A DNA stretch of 64,000 nucleotides, taken from an uncultured delta proteobacterium (lineage in GTDB: Bacteria; Desulfobacterota; Desulfobacteria; Desulfobacterales; UBA2156). Below, in pieces: positions 31,590 through 41,531 of the stretch (positions are counted from its first letter, which is position 1; every line of letters starts with the position of its first letter). Made by a program: the position numbers and the translations under genes. The DNA lies in NCBI GenBank assembly GCA_963736855.1, contig CAVTQK010000017.1, positions 163,604 to 227,603 on the forward strand. Direction: 5' to 3'. A model generated the notes under the pieces. That model was given only the letters and a program-made list of their open reading frames with translations. It was not told the DNA's origin and did no database searches.

Positions 31590-32857
31590 ATCTCCAGCAT
31601 CATTCTTTCCGGATGTTCGATATATTCCTTGATCCGCTTCAGACAGGTTACCGCTCCCCTTCCATCCACGATGCGGTGATCGTAGCTGAGCGCCACATAC
31701 ATCATGGGGCGGATGACGATTTCATCGTCGATGACCACCGGCCGCTTTTCGATCTTGTGCATGCCGAGGATCCCGCTTTGGGGGGTGTTCAGGATCGGGG
31801 TACTCAAAAGGGACCCGAAAACGCCGCCGTTGCTGATGGTGAAGGTGCCGCCTTCCAGGTCGGCCAGTTCCAGCTTGTTCTCCCGGATTTTTTTGACGTA
31901 ATCCGCAATCGCGCGTTCAATCTCGGCGAAGGAAAGCCGTTCGGCATGGCGGATCACCGGCACTACCAGACCTCGTTCCGAGCCGACAGCGACACCGATG
32001 TGATGATAGTCGTGATAGACGATATCCCCGCCATCGATAAAGGCATTGATCTCCGGGACTTCTTTTAATGCTTCCACACTGGCTTTGACGAAGAAGCTCA
32101 TGAACCCCAGTGCGACGCCATGTTTCTTTTCGAACGCCTCTTTATACTGCTGCCGCATCGTGGTGACTCGGCTCATGTCGATCTCGTTGAAGGTAGTGAG
32201 CATGGCAGTGGATTGCTTGGCTTCCAGAAGCCGCTCTGCAATGCGACGGCGGATGGGGCTCATGGGTTTCCGAAAAATACCCTTGCCGGTTTCCGCTGGA
32301 ACCTCTTGTGTGGGTGTCGGTTTTTCAGGCAGTCCCACCGGCGCCTGCTCCAGGTGCAGCAAAACATCGAGCTTGGTGATACGCCCGCCGGGTCCGGTTC
32401 CGGTGATTCGACGGATATCGACGTGCTTTTCAGCAATCAAGCGGCGCACAGACGGGGGGAGGATGACCTCAGAAGGGATTGAGGCCTGCTCAGAGGAGGC
32501 TGTTTCAGGAGCCCGTATTTCCGGGGATGTAGCGGCTTTTTCCGGCTTTTTTTCCGGTGGTTCCGCAACTTTCATCTGTTCCATGTGCTTTTTTTCCGGC
32601 GGGATCGCTTTTCCTTTGACTGATTCGGTGTCCAGGGTGCCCACAACCGAACCCACAGCCACGGTTTCACCGGCAGCAGAACGGATTTTTAGAGTCCCTG
32701 AAACTTCCGCCGTCACCTCCAGGGTCACCTTGTCGGTTTCAATGACGAAAAGCGGTTCGTCTTTTTCCACGAAATCCTCATCTTTTTTGAACCATTGGGC
32801 AAGAACCGCTTCCTTCACCGATTCTCCGACGCCGGGGATCTTGATTTCGACAATCAT
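31586..32857 (-). CDS. sucB: Dihydrolipoamide succinyltransferase (E2)
   Basis: Lipoyl ETDKV, GTGPGGRI, AMLTTFNE and YDHRIVDG. Confidence 0.96.
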   Translation of the reverse strand: MIVEIKIPGVGESVKEAVLAQWFKKDEDFVEKDEPLFVIETDKVTLEVTAEVSGTLKIRSAAGETVAVGSVVGTLDTESVKGKAIPPEKKHMEQMKVAEPPEKKPEKAATSPEIRAPETASSEQASIPSEVILPPSVRRLIAEKHVDIRRITGTGPGGRITKLDVLLHLEQAPVGLPEKPTPTQEVPAETGKGIFRKPMSPIRRRIAERLLEAKQSTAMLTTFNEIDMSRVTTMRQQYKEAFEKKHGVALGFMSFFVKASVEALKEVPEINAFIDGGDIVYHDYHHIGVAVGSERGLVVPVIRHAERLSFAEIERAIADYVKKIRENKLELADLEGGTFTISNGGVFGSLLSTPILNTPQSGILGMHKIEKRPVVIDDEIVIRPMMYVALSYDHRIVDGRGAVTCLKRIKEYIEHPERMMLEI

Positions 32858-32870
32858 GGGCACTCCTTTT

Positions 32871-35591
32871 CTACTCGGTTAAAGGGGCTATGGCTTCATC
32901 GGCGATAGCACTCTGCTGGCGGTGGTAAATTTTTGGAAATCCAGAGGCCGGACTGGCCGAAGGGGGTCTTCCAATGTAACGGATCCGTATTTTTATCAGG
33001 GCTCCCAGACGATCCTGCATAAACTGCCACCCCCCCATGTTTTGAGGTTCTTCCTGAACCCAGATCCATTCACCGACATGCCGATATTTAGCCGTAATTG
33101 CTTCCAAACTCTTTTCCGAAAAAGGATAAAACTGTTCGACCCGGACAATGGCGGTGTCTTTTTTCTTTGCCAGATTTCGCCGTTGCAGCAGTTCATAATA
33201 GATTTTTCCACTGCAGAAAATGATGCGTTTGAGCGTCTTTGGCTCAAGGATGTCATCGAGGATTTCTTGAAAATGGCCGGTGCCCAAATCTGAAAGCTTT
33301 GATGTGGCCAAAGGATGCCGCAGAAGGCTCTTGGGCGTGAAGATGATCAGGGGTTTTCGCAGATTGCGCTTCATCTGGCGCCGGAGCAGGTGGAAGTATT
33401 GTGCCGGTGTTGTGGCGTTGCATACCTGCATGTTGTCTTCGGCGCAAAGTTGCAAAAACCGCTCGATACGACCGCTGGAATGCTCCGGTCCGAGTCCCTC
33501 AAAACCATGAGGAAGGAGCAGGACGAGGCCTGAAAGCCTTTGCCACTTGGATTCTCCGGAGGCGATGAACAGATCGATGACGGCCTGGGCGTTGTTGGCA
33601 AAATCTCCGAACTGGGCTTCCCAGATCGCCAGGGTGTCGGGTCGTGATATGGAGTAGCCGTATTCAAATCCCAGCACGCCATACTCCGAAAGATGGCTGT
33701 TGAAGACCTGAAACAAGGCCTGATGGTTTTCCAGATGATTGAAAGGGATATGCGGCTGGTCGGTTTTTGTGTCGATCCAGACGCTGTGGCGTTGGGAAAA
33801 GGTTCCCCGTGCGACGTCTTGGCCGCTGAGGCGGATCGGTACACTTTCGGCCAGCAGGGAGGCAAAGGCCAGCGATTCGGCGCATGCCCAGTCAATTCCG
33901 GTTTCTTTTTCAACGCTTTCCAGACGCTTCCGATAGACGGCTTCGAGTTTGGGGTAAATGGAGAAGCCTTCCGGGATTCGATTCATCTGGGCCATGAGGG
34001 CTTTCAATCGTTCTTTTTTAACCCCGGTTTCAACGGGCTGGTGGTTATATTTGCCGTGATAGCCCGCCCAGTTTTCGAAATATCGAGGTTCAGGGTAAGT
34101 GCATGTGCTCCCATGCATCGCTTCATAGGCTTCGGTTAGAGACCGGGTGATGGCTGTTTCGCCGGATTCGATTTCAGCTCTTTCGATCCGACCCGATCCG
34201 ATGAGAGCATCGGCATAAAGCCGGTGCAGGGAAGGCCGGCTGCGGATCCGTTCAACCATGCGGGGTTGGGTGTAGTAGGGTTCGTCGCCTTCGTTATGCC
34301 CCCAGCGGCGATAGCATACCACGTCGATGACCACGTCTTTTTTGAATTCCATACGGTAGTCGGCGGCCAAGCGGATGACATGGACGGCAGCTTCCGGATT
34401 TTCGCCGTGGACGTGAAAAATCGGAGCCATGAGCATTTTGGCGCCGTCTGTGGCGTAGCGGGTGGAACGGGCGTCTTCGGGGAGCGTTGTATAGCCGATC
34501 TGATTGTTGAGGACCAGATGGATCGTTCCGCCGGTGCGGTATCCTGGAAGCCGGGACATGTTCAAGGTTTCATAAACCACCCCTTCGCCGGCAAATGCCG
34601 CATCGCCGTGGATCAGGACAGGGAGAACGCGTTTGAAGGGATCATTCCCGTCCATATCCTGCCGGGCACGGGTAATTCCCTCCACAACGCCGTCCACGGC
34701 TTCCAGGTGGCTGGGATTGTGAACCAAATACATTTTCAGGTTGTGACCGCTGGGGGTTTGGATATCCGAAAGGTAGCCGTTGTGGTACTTGACGTCTCCG
34801 TTTCCGAAAAGGCTTTCCGGGTCATAGCAATTTTCAAATTCGGCAAAGATTTCCTCATAGGGTTTTTCGAGAATGTGGGTCTGAATGTTCTGCCGTCCCC
34901 TGTGGGCCATACCGAGTATGATTTCCCGGCATCCCCAGCCGGCAGCACGATCAGTAAGGGCATCCAGCATGGGGATCAACACATCCCCCCCTTCCAGAGA
35001 AAAACGGGTTACGGCCACGTATTTTTTATTTAAAAATTGTTCGAAAAGAAACGCCTGCTGCAGCTTTTGTAAAATTCTTTTTTGATCCTCCAGAGTGGGC
35101 TGTGGTTGATTATGAACCGGTTCCATCCGATCCTGGAGCCACCGGCGTTCTGCAGGATCCTGCAGGTGCATATATTCCACTCCCACGGATCGACAATAGG
35201 TCGCTTTCAGGTTCTCGATGATCTCCCTCAGAGAAGCTTTTCGGTGTTTTGAGAACCGACGGGTGAAAAACGGTTGATCCAGGTCTTTTTCCGTAAGGCC
35301 GAAGGCTGAAATTTCCAGCAAGGGGTGACTGACAGGACAAGCTTCCAGAGGATCCATGCAGGCCAGAAGATGCCCCATGTCGCGGTAACGGTATTTGAGG
35401 GCTTCCACCTTAGCCTGTTTCAGAATCGAATCATCATCGACAACCTTCCCTTCGCCGGCCGTTTTTTCCAAACCGACCTGAAATCCCTCAAAGAAGAAGC
35501 GCCAATCGCGGCCCACTTGCTCCGGATTTTCCCGCCACAACTGATATTGGGCATCGATGTATTCGGCACTGAGAGCTTGCGGGATGTCCAT
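32871..35591 (-). CDS. sucA: 2-oxoglutarate dehydrogenase E1
   Basis: RFSLEG, GMAHRGR, NPSHLE, HGDAAF and GPEHSS. Confidence 0.96.
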   Translation of the reverse strand: MDIPQALSAEYIDAQYQLWRENPEQVGRDWRFFFEGFQVGLEKTAGEGKVVDDDSILKQAKVEALKYRYRDMGHLLACMDPLEACPVSHPLLEISAFGLTEKDLDQPFFTRRFSKHRKASLREIIENLKATYCRSVGVEYMHLQDPAERRWLQDRMEPVHNQPQPTLEDQKRILQKLQQAFLFEQFLNKKYVAVTRFSLEGGDVLIPMLDALTDRAAGWGCREIILGMAHRGRQNIQTHILEKPYEEIFAEFENCYDPESLFGNGDVKYHNGYLSDIQTPSGHNLKMYLVHNPSHLEAVDGVVEGITRARQDMDGNDPFKRVLPVLIHGDAAFAGEGVVYETLNMSRLPGYRTGGTIHLVLNNQIGYTTLPEDARSTRYATDGAKMLMAPIFHVHGENPEAAVHVIRLAADYRMEFKKDVVIDVVCYRRWGHNEGDEPYYTQPRMVERIRSRPSLHRLYADALIGSGRIERAEIESGETAITRSLTEAYEAMHGSTCTYPEPRYFENWAGYHGKYNHQPVETGVKKERLKALMAQMNRIPEGFSIYPKLEAVYRKRLESVEKETGIDWACAESLAFASLLAESVPIRLSGQDVARGTFSQRHSVWIDTKTDQPHIPFNHLENHQALFQVFNSHLSEYGVLGFEYGYSISRPDTLAIWEAQFGDFANNAQAVIDLFIASGESKWQRLSGLVLLLPHGFEGLGPEHSSGRIERFLQLCAEDNMQVCNATTPAQYFHLLRRQMKRNLRKPLIIFTPKSLLRHPLATSKLSDLGTGHFQEILDDILEPKTLKRIIFCSGKIYYELLQRRNLAKKKDTAIVRVEQFYPFSEKSLEAITAKYRHVGEWIWVQEEPQNMGGWQFMQDRLGALIKIRIRYIGRPPSASPASGFPKIYHRQQSAIADEAIAPLTE

Positions 35592-35605
35592 TGCTGAATC
35601 CTTTT

Positions 35606-36361
35606 TTATTTTTGCATGCCGAACCAGTCGACGATTGCCCGGGATACCCGAAGCTGGTCTTCGGTTCTGGTGAGCATGTGATCCGCTTCGGGTAATGTAA
35701 ACAATTCGATTTGTCGGGGGTTCATGGATTGTGCCCGATGGGCCTCCGCCACCGGTATGATTTCATCGGTTTCGCTGTGAACGATGAGAAGGGGCCGATC
35801 GAACGACCGGATGACGGCGGGAAGATCGTATCGACTTGCATCGGAAAAAAAAGTGCTGTTCAAACGCAGGTTTCGACCCCGGCTGGTAAACAAGACGCTG
35901 CCGTCTTGATGGAGTTGTTCAACCTGATTTTGAGTCAGGAAATGGGTGGGTTTCAGTCCTGAAAGCCGACCGGAGATGGCGCACACCCCTTTTACCGAGG
36001 GTGAATCTGAAGCGGTGAGAACGGATACTTCCGCACCCATGCTGTGACCCGCCAGCCCGATCCACGAAGCCCCTTCACGGGCGATGACGTTTATGGCACA
36101 CTTCATTTCAGCGATCTGCTTGGCAAAAGTAGTTTCTTCGAATCGTCCTTCGCTCTGACCGTTTCCGGAAAAATCAAAACGCAGGGCCAGGTATCCGACG
36201 CGAGCAAGATCGTTTGCGAGGTGTTTTAAAATCGTGGTATGGCGGGAGCAGGTAAAACAATGGGCCAGAACGACCCCCCGCCCGATCGAGCGGGCGGGAA
36301 TATGGAGGGTGCCGGCCAGCTTTTCTTGAACCTCATTTCTAAAATGGATTTGTTTTTCCAT
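35606..36361 (-). CDS. Alpha/beta hydrolase
   Basis: AHCFTCS, GHSMG nucleophile motif and ADH. Confidence 0.88.
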   Translation of the reverse strand: MEKQIHFRNEVQEKLAGTLHIPARSIGRGVVLAHCFTCSRHTTILKHLANDLARVGYLALRFDFSGNGQSEGRFEETTFAKQIAEMKCAINVIAREGASWIGLAGHSMGAEVSVLTASDSPSVKGVCAISGRLSGLKPTHFLTQNQVEQLHQDGSVLFTSRGRNLRLNSTFFSDASRYDLPAVIRSFDRPLLIVHSETDEIIPVAEAHRAQSMNPRQIELFTLPEADHMLTRTEDQLRVSRAIVDWFGMQK

Positions 36362-36398
36362 GAAAAGCGCCGACCGACAACGAGCCAGGCCGTTTCAG

Positions 36399-37295
36399 TT
36401 ATCCTTTACCCAGGGCCATTCCCAAAACCATACCCAAGGCCTGCCCCAGCGTTGACTCCAATTCTTTAACGGTTTTGGCGGCAAGCATCTGATCCAGGAT
36501 CCCATCGATGGAGGTCATGACCCCGAGAACCCGTTGCTTTTCTTCGGTCGTGAAGCTTGTGGAAAATTCGGCAAGTTCCTTTTTGGCCTTCCCGATTTCG
36601 GAGTTCCACTGATCCGCCAAAGACTTAGGGACCCATTTTTCTTCCACTTTGACAAAAGCGATTTCCCATGGAGCCTCTTTGGGAACCTCGATTTTTACCG
36701 TTGCCGTGTCCTTTTGCGATTGAATGACGGTAGTTTTCACGGTCTTTAGTTGTGTAAACGCGGTGGCGTACTTTTCCTCTTTCTCCAATTTGGAAAGGGC
36801 ATCGAGCCTTTTAATCAAATCAGCACCCGTGCCGGCCAGGAACTTCTCCATGTCCAAACGCTTCAGCTTTTCAAGGTCCGCTAGATCGCTCTTGGTGATG
36901 ACTTCCGCCATGCCCAGGGCGCCATCCCAGTTGTCGGATAATTTCTTTGCATCGACAGGTGCGTCATTGAGCATTTTTCCTGCCAGCAACAGGTTTTTTT
37001 TGGTTTTTAAAACCAGAAGCGCCTTGTTGAAGAGCGAAAAGCTCTTATTCCAGATATCTTTATCCATTTTAGCGGCAAGATCATGGACGAGGCCATGGAT
37101 GTCTCTCTGATAGCTTGCCGGTAATGCCCCCCACAGGACCTGGGGTTGATGGGCGGCCAGGCCTTGAGCCATATCATTGACGACCTGGTCGGCGGTTTTG
37201 GGCGGGGGCGCTGTTTTGGAGCAATTTGCAACAAGAAAGGAAAGAAGGAAAACAAAGATCCATAGGGGTCCGGGAGCAGGCCAGGCATTTTTCAT
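36399..37295 (-). CDS. Hypothetical lipoprotein
   Basis: 298-aa ORF with a hydrophobic leader and lipobox-like VANC. Confidence 0.65.
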   Translation of the reverse strand: MKNAWPAPGPLWIFVFLLSFLVANCSKTAPPPKTADQVVNDMAQGLAAHQPQVLWGALPASYQRDIHGLVHDLAAKMDKDIWNKSFSLFNKALLVLKTKKNLLLAGKMLNDAPVDAKKLSDNWDGALGMAEVITKSDLADLEKLKRLDMEKFLAGTGADLIKRLDALSKLEKEEKYATAFTQLKTVKTTVIQSQKDTATVKIEVPKEAPWEIAFVKVEEKWVPKSLADQWNSEIGKAKKELAEFSTSFTTEEKQRVLGVMTSIDGILDQMLAAKTVKELESTLGQALGMVLGMALGKG

Positions 37296-37495
37296 GGGTT
37301 ATCCCTTTCGGTTCAGGATTAAAAGACGGTGGTCATGACCACGTATCTGCAATGGCCGATGTCAGGGTTTTGACGGCCCTCCAATAGCACACTTGAGTGA
37401 AATCGTCAAAAAGCAGGCGTATTGTGAAAAAGAAGCTCCTCCAGAACCGGAACCGGCTTCGGGTCTGCGGCAAGAGATAAGCTGAAAAATTATGG

Positions 37496-37999
37496 TTAAA
37501 AGACCGCTCCCACGCCGAGGCCGAAATGGAACAAGGGACCATGACTTTCTTGTTTGGACCACACCTTGATTTCCAGTTCCTGAAATACCGGGTAAGCGAA
37601 GTTAAATTGTCCGATGTCCCGGGTTTCCACCTCGGTCAGCTTTCCCACAGCGGTGAGGAGTGAACCTTTTTTGTAGATTTCCGGATCCAGGAATCGCTGG
37701 GACCGAATCAGATAACGTCCTTCAGATTTATCTTCATCCACGGGACGTTGGTTTTGGTCTAGAGGCAACTGCAGAATAGTCAATTCGGACCCCGCGGTTG
37801 CAGCGGTCACATCGATGATTTTCCCCCCTAAGATCACGGTCTCCCCGATGAATTTTTGGGCATCTTTGGCCAGGGCTGAAAAAGATCCGGTATACGTGAC
37901 TTGAGAGCGGGCTTGCTGGGACAGGGGTGCGGCGCATCCAAAAACCAAAAGGAGCAGAAGGCACGCACCTTTCCGAAGATTCATTCCTTTTATCGCCAT
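37496..37999 (-). CDS. Slp family outer-membrane lipoprotein
   Basis: FGC lipobox, GGKII, SEGRY, FLDPEIY and YPV. Confidence 0.85.
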   Translation of the reverse strand: MAIKGMNLRKGACLLLLLVFGCAAPLSQQARSQVTYTGSFSALAKDAQKFIGETVILGGKIIDVTAATAGSELTILQLPLDQNQRPVDEDKSEGRYLIRSQRFLDPEIYKKGSLLTAVGKLTEVETRDIGQFNFAYPVFQELEIKVWSKQESHGPLFHFGLGVGAVF

Positions 38000-38059
38000 T
38001 GTTTTTTCCTTTTCCAAATCAATCGGTAACCGCATGGTATGCACAGGACCCTTCTGAAC

Positions 38060-38605
38060 TCACCAGTAGAAGGGTGAGTGATGAAACCGGTCCCGGTAAA
38101 AAGGGTCTGGATAAAATGGATCATAATAATGGTGTGGATAGTGCCGGTATCCCTCGAACTTGGGCCAGAGATAGATCTCCTTGGTTTCGACGATGGGGTG
38201 TGAGTATGGATGGTTGTCCACAGCATCTGTCCGGGTTCCGACGAAAGTTCCCGCCACGGTGAGTTTTCGGTTCTTGGAAAAGATTTCAGGGTCTAAAAAT
38301 GCTTTATGGTGCACAATAAATCTGCCCTGGGATGCGTCCTTGTGTCCGGGTTCATCCTGAAAGGAAAGAGGAGCCTGCAACACCAAGATCTCGGTTTTTT
38401 CAGGATGGTTCCTTGTCTCGAGGATGTATCCGCCCCAAAGGACGGTGCTTCCCGTGTAGCTTTCCGGATTTTTCAGCACCGTATTGAATTCGAGATCCTT
38501 CCGGGCCGACTTTTGAACGTCCTTTGACATCACCGAACAGGATGCCGTCATTGCAAAGGCCGATAAAATGATCCAAACGGGTACCAGCCTCTTCAGATGT
38601 TTCAT
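38060..38605 (-). CDS. Slp family outer-membrane lipoprotein (paralogue)
   Basis: ASC lipobox, WGGYI, SQGRF, FLDPEIF and a Tyr/Pro/His-rich tail. Confidence 0.85.
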   Translation of the reverse strand: MKHLKRLVPVWIILSAFAMTASCSVMSKDVQKSARKDLEFNTVLKNPESYTGSTVLWGGYILETRNHPEKTEILVLQAPLSFQDEPGHKDASQGRFIVHHKAFLDPEIFSKNRKLTVAGTFVGTRTDAVDNHPYSHPIVETKEIYLWPKFEGYRHYPHHYYDPFYPDPFYRDRFHHSPFYW

Positions 38606-38724
38606 GGGGTACCTTCCTTCATTTTGGGTATTTGTGTGTGCACTGTCATTCAAAAAATAATGGCTGCGGCGCTTTTTGGCAAACAAAATGAAGGTCGATA
38701 AGGTGCTTTAGACCCTGTTACAGT

Positions 38725-39111
38725 TCAGTGGACATCCGTATCCACATGATGACTCACGCAATCCCAAACCCCCTTGGGATCACAGTCCCGGCAGTGGTAG
38801 TGCTCACCGTAAACAAGATTATGTTTGTAGTCAACGGCATCTTCTCTACGCACCCGGGCTCCACAGTGTGCACATTCAACATAATCTTCGGGTTTGATGG
38901 GTTTGTGCATCGGCAGGCCATAAATCGTATCAATGTAATACTCACAGTTGTCGGATCCGATCTCTAGCACCTCGCACCGGAATTTTGCGCAGATTTCCAA
39001 CCCTTTTTCTTTGGCGCCTTCCGGAAACCCTTTTTCATCGGACCGATATCGCTTCTCAAGCTCGTCGAGCTTTTTCATATACTCTTCGTAAGTGATTTTC
39101 TCAATGGCCAT
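38725..39111 (-). CDS. Hypothetical Cys/His-rich putative metal-binding protein
   Basis: 128 aa with CAHC and HCRDC plus four more Cys. Confidence 0.65.
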   Translation of the reverse strand: MAIEKITYEEYMKKLDELEKRYRSDEKGFPEGAKEKGLEICAKFRCEVLEIGSDNCEYYIDTIYGLPMHKPIKPEDYVECAHCGARVRREDAVDYKHNLVYGEHYHCRDCDPKGVWDCVSHHVDTDVH

Positions 39112-39144
39112 AGGTACGCCCTTTTTATAATACCGTTAAGATTT

Positions 39145-39334
39145 GATGAAATCGTAAAAAGGCTGATTTTTCTCGCGCCGCAAGTCTTTTCGGAAGATCC
39201 AAAGGGTTTCGCTAAATCTCAAGAACTCGGCAGAAGTGCCTTAAACAGCTTGAGATTTTTAACGCTCAACCCTTTGCCTCTCTTTTTCCGAAAAGATTTG
39301 AATGGCGCTCATAAAACCTTTTTACGAAGCCATC
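39145..39334 (+). mobile_element. MITE-like element, core type B (copy B1), 190-bp hairpin
   Basis: Same termini as type A; aligns without gaps to 40055-40244; nested inverted repeats. Confidence 0.75.
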
Positions 39335-39444
39335 AAGGGTAAAACTGCCTGAAGCGATCGGCAGGTCAGCCCGTTCATCGATGAAAACCAGCGGACCGGA
39401 CAATCCCGTTAAAGCGGGACAGGCTGGTTATAAGGGTCAACCTT

Positions 39445-39570
39445 GATGGCTTCGTAAAAAATCCAATTTCCGCGTTGCGCTTCATCCCGTTGCGATTTCG
39501 ACGTACGATAAGTACGCCTCATCACACGGAATTCGCGACGCCTTGAACTTGAACTTTTTACTTTGCCATC
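39445..39570 (-). mobile_element. MITE-like element, diverged inner unit of type A (copy A3)
   Basis: GATGGCTTCGTAAAAA ... GTACG..GTACGCC ... TTTTTACTTTGCCATC, homologous to A1/A2. Confidence 0.7.
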
Positions 39571-39998
39571 TGATTTTCAGCTTCCTGTATGGCGGTGTTC
39601 GTCTTTTGAATGACTTCGATAAAAGTCTCCGATTGATAAGTTTCGATACCAACAGACCCCATATTATTCACTTTATCAAAAGCATGCTCTTTATCCACGT
39701 GGGTTGTCAGAGCTTTTACAGCTTCGATGAGTCTTAATATGTTCTTCTTGCCGTCCGTTGTCGTAGCTTCCAATCCGTTTTCAACTTCTTTTATCGTCCT
39801 TCGAGTATTTACGATCAGATTATAAAAAGTATCCGATAAGTGGCAGTCTATACCAGCGCATCCTCCCGCAGCGGCTCTATCAAAAACAGACTCATCGATG
39901 TAAGTGATCAGAGCTTTTGCAGCCTCAAATAATGTCGAAAACCCGTCCTTCATTCGTAGCTTCTCCTTATTTAAAAAATCCTGACGATCTGTGTTCAT
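39558..39998 (-). CDS. Hypothetical protein with internal duplication
   Basis: 146 aa; two similar halves (EAAKALITYID..FD / EAVKALTTHVD..FD). Confidence 0.6.
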   Translation of the reverse strand: MNTDRQDFLNKEKLRMKDGFSTLFEAAKALITYIDESVFDRAAAGGCAGIDCHLSDTFYNLIVNTRRTIKEVENGLEATTTDGKKNILRLIEAVKALTTHVDKEHAFDKVNNMGSVGIETYQSETFIEVIQKTNTAIQEAENQMAK

Positions 39999-40054
39999 CT
40001 GTGTCTAAAAAAAGTAAATATCCATGCTCTCAATTTACAGATGAGTCAGTCTTT

Positions 40055-40244
40055 GATGAAATCGTAAAAAAGCTACTTTTGCTCGCTTCATGACCATTTT
40101 CGGGAGATGCTCACGGCTTCTCTAAATTTCAAGAACTCGGCGCAAGCGCCTCAAACAGCTTGAAATTATTAGCGCTCAGCCGTTCGCATCTCTTTTTCCG
40201 AAAATGCTCAAATCTCGCTTGCAAAAGCTTTTTACGAAGCCATC
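40055..40244 (+). mobile_element. MITE-like element, core type B (copy B2)
   Basis: Same termini and length as B1, with compensatory substitutions. Confidence 0.75.
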
Positions 40245-40248
40245 AAGT

Positions 40249-41505
40249 TTAACTCGGTCCCCTCCTGTTTTTTTGTTGCTGAAGTTTATCAACTTCATCC
40301 TTGAACCGTGCGGCAAACTCCGTCTTGAAGGCTTCTATTTTCATGGCTTCGTCATGTCTGCCCAGAAAGGTGAGGGCCATCCCCTTGAACACCTGGGCCT
40401 CCTTGATATCCGGGTTAATGGCCAGGGCATCATCAAAGCATTGCAGACTTTCTGCGTGTTTCTGAAGCCCCAGCAAGGCGTGGCCCCTGGCTGTCAGGGC
40501 ATGGGCATTGTCACTTTGCTTTTCAAGGATCTGATCTAAAAGCGCAATAGCCTCTTCGCACCGTCCCATGTCGTTCAATGCAAAGGCCTTTAACTGCATG
40601 GCGTATACATTTTCCGGTCTGAGAGCCAGCTCTTTGTCGCAGCAAAACACGACCTCCTCCAACAGTCCCTTTTCAGCCAGCTTGGCGGCGCCATCCATCC
40701 AGGTGGTTTTGGATTCCGCATCGACGTCGATGACTTTCATCATCAGGCCCTCATAGGTTTGCTCGATGGTTTGATAGCCGGTGCGCGCCACGGGTACGTT
40801 ATGGCCGGGGAGTATATTTTCAATCTTTTTTTTCATGAGCTGCTTGAGGCTGTACAGGTAATGGTCCAGTCTTCCGCCGCCGGCTTTGTCGACATCCGCA
40901 ATGGTTTCAGGAACCACGGTATCGCCGGTAATGGCGGTTCCGGTCGGCGCATGATACAGGCATATGCCGTCGATGGTGTGTCCGGGGGTGTGGATCACTT
41001 CCCATTCAAAGCCGCTCAATTCAAGGGTTTCACCGCCTTTCAACTCGGTCAAGGTGAATCCGGTCTCTTTGAGAATTTTTTTAAACTCGGCAGGACCAGC
41101 GGCGTGAATGATAATTTCGATATCTTTTTTTTCCATAATCGGCGGGCATCTCAATAGTTCGAATACGCCCATGCAGTGGTCTCGATGTCCGTGGGTGAGG
41201 ACGACCTTTTTAATGTCGAGAATACTCAACCCCAATTTTTCAAGCTCACCAAAAATGGTGTAGTCATTTCCTGTATCCACGATCGTCAGGTAATCCCCGG
41301 CCAGCACATAGATATTGCTGGAATGGTAATACCCGATGAGAAACTTGCTCTTTTCAAAGACAGGGTGTGATATCTTCAAAATCTCGGCAATGGAAAGCCA
41401 CCCCGGATGTTTCGGTTCTTCCTCGGATAAGGCTTCATCTTCAATCAGCGGTTCGGGTTTTTCCTCCGGTTTGTGATGGTCTTGTTTTTTGGTTTCTTCG
41501 GTCAT
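40249..41505 (-). CDS. Metallo-beta-lactamase-fold hydrolase with C-terminal TPR repeats
   Basis: THGHRDH, HTPGH, TGD, PGH and TPR repeats. Start reassigned to MTEETKK because the longer ORF begins inside a repeat. Confidence 0.88.
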   Translation of the reverse strand: MTEETKKQDHHKPEEKPEPLIEDEALSEEEPKHPGWLSIAEILKISHPVFEKSKFLIGYYHSSNIYVLAGDYLTIVDTGNDYTIFGELEKLGLSILDIKKVVLTHGHRDHCMGVFELLRCPPIMEKKDIEIIIHAAGPAEFKKILKETGFTLTELKGGETLELSGFEWEVIHTPGHTIDGICLYHAPTGTAITGDTVVPETIADVDKAGGGRLDHYLYSLKQLMKKKIENILPGHNVPVARTGYQTIEQTYEGLMMKVIDVDAESKTTWMDGAAKLAEKGLLEEVVFCCDKELALRPENVYAMQLKAFALNDMGRCEEAIALLDQILEKQSDNAHALTARGHALLGLQKHAESLQCFDDALAINPDIKEAQVFKGMALTFLGRHDEAMKIEAFKTEFAARFKDEVDKLQQQKNRRGPS

Positions 41506-41531
41506 TCTGTTTCCTTTAAGAACGTTTCGAT

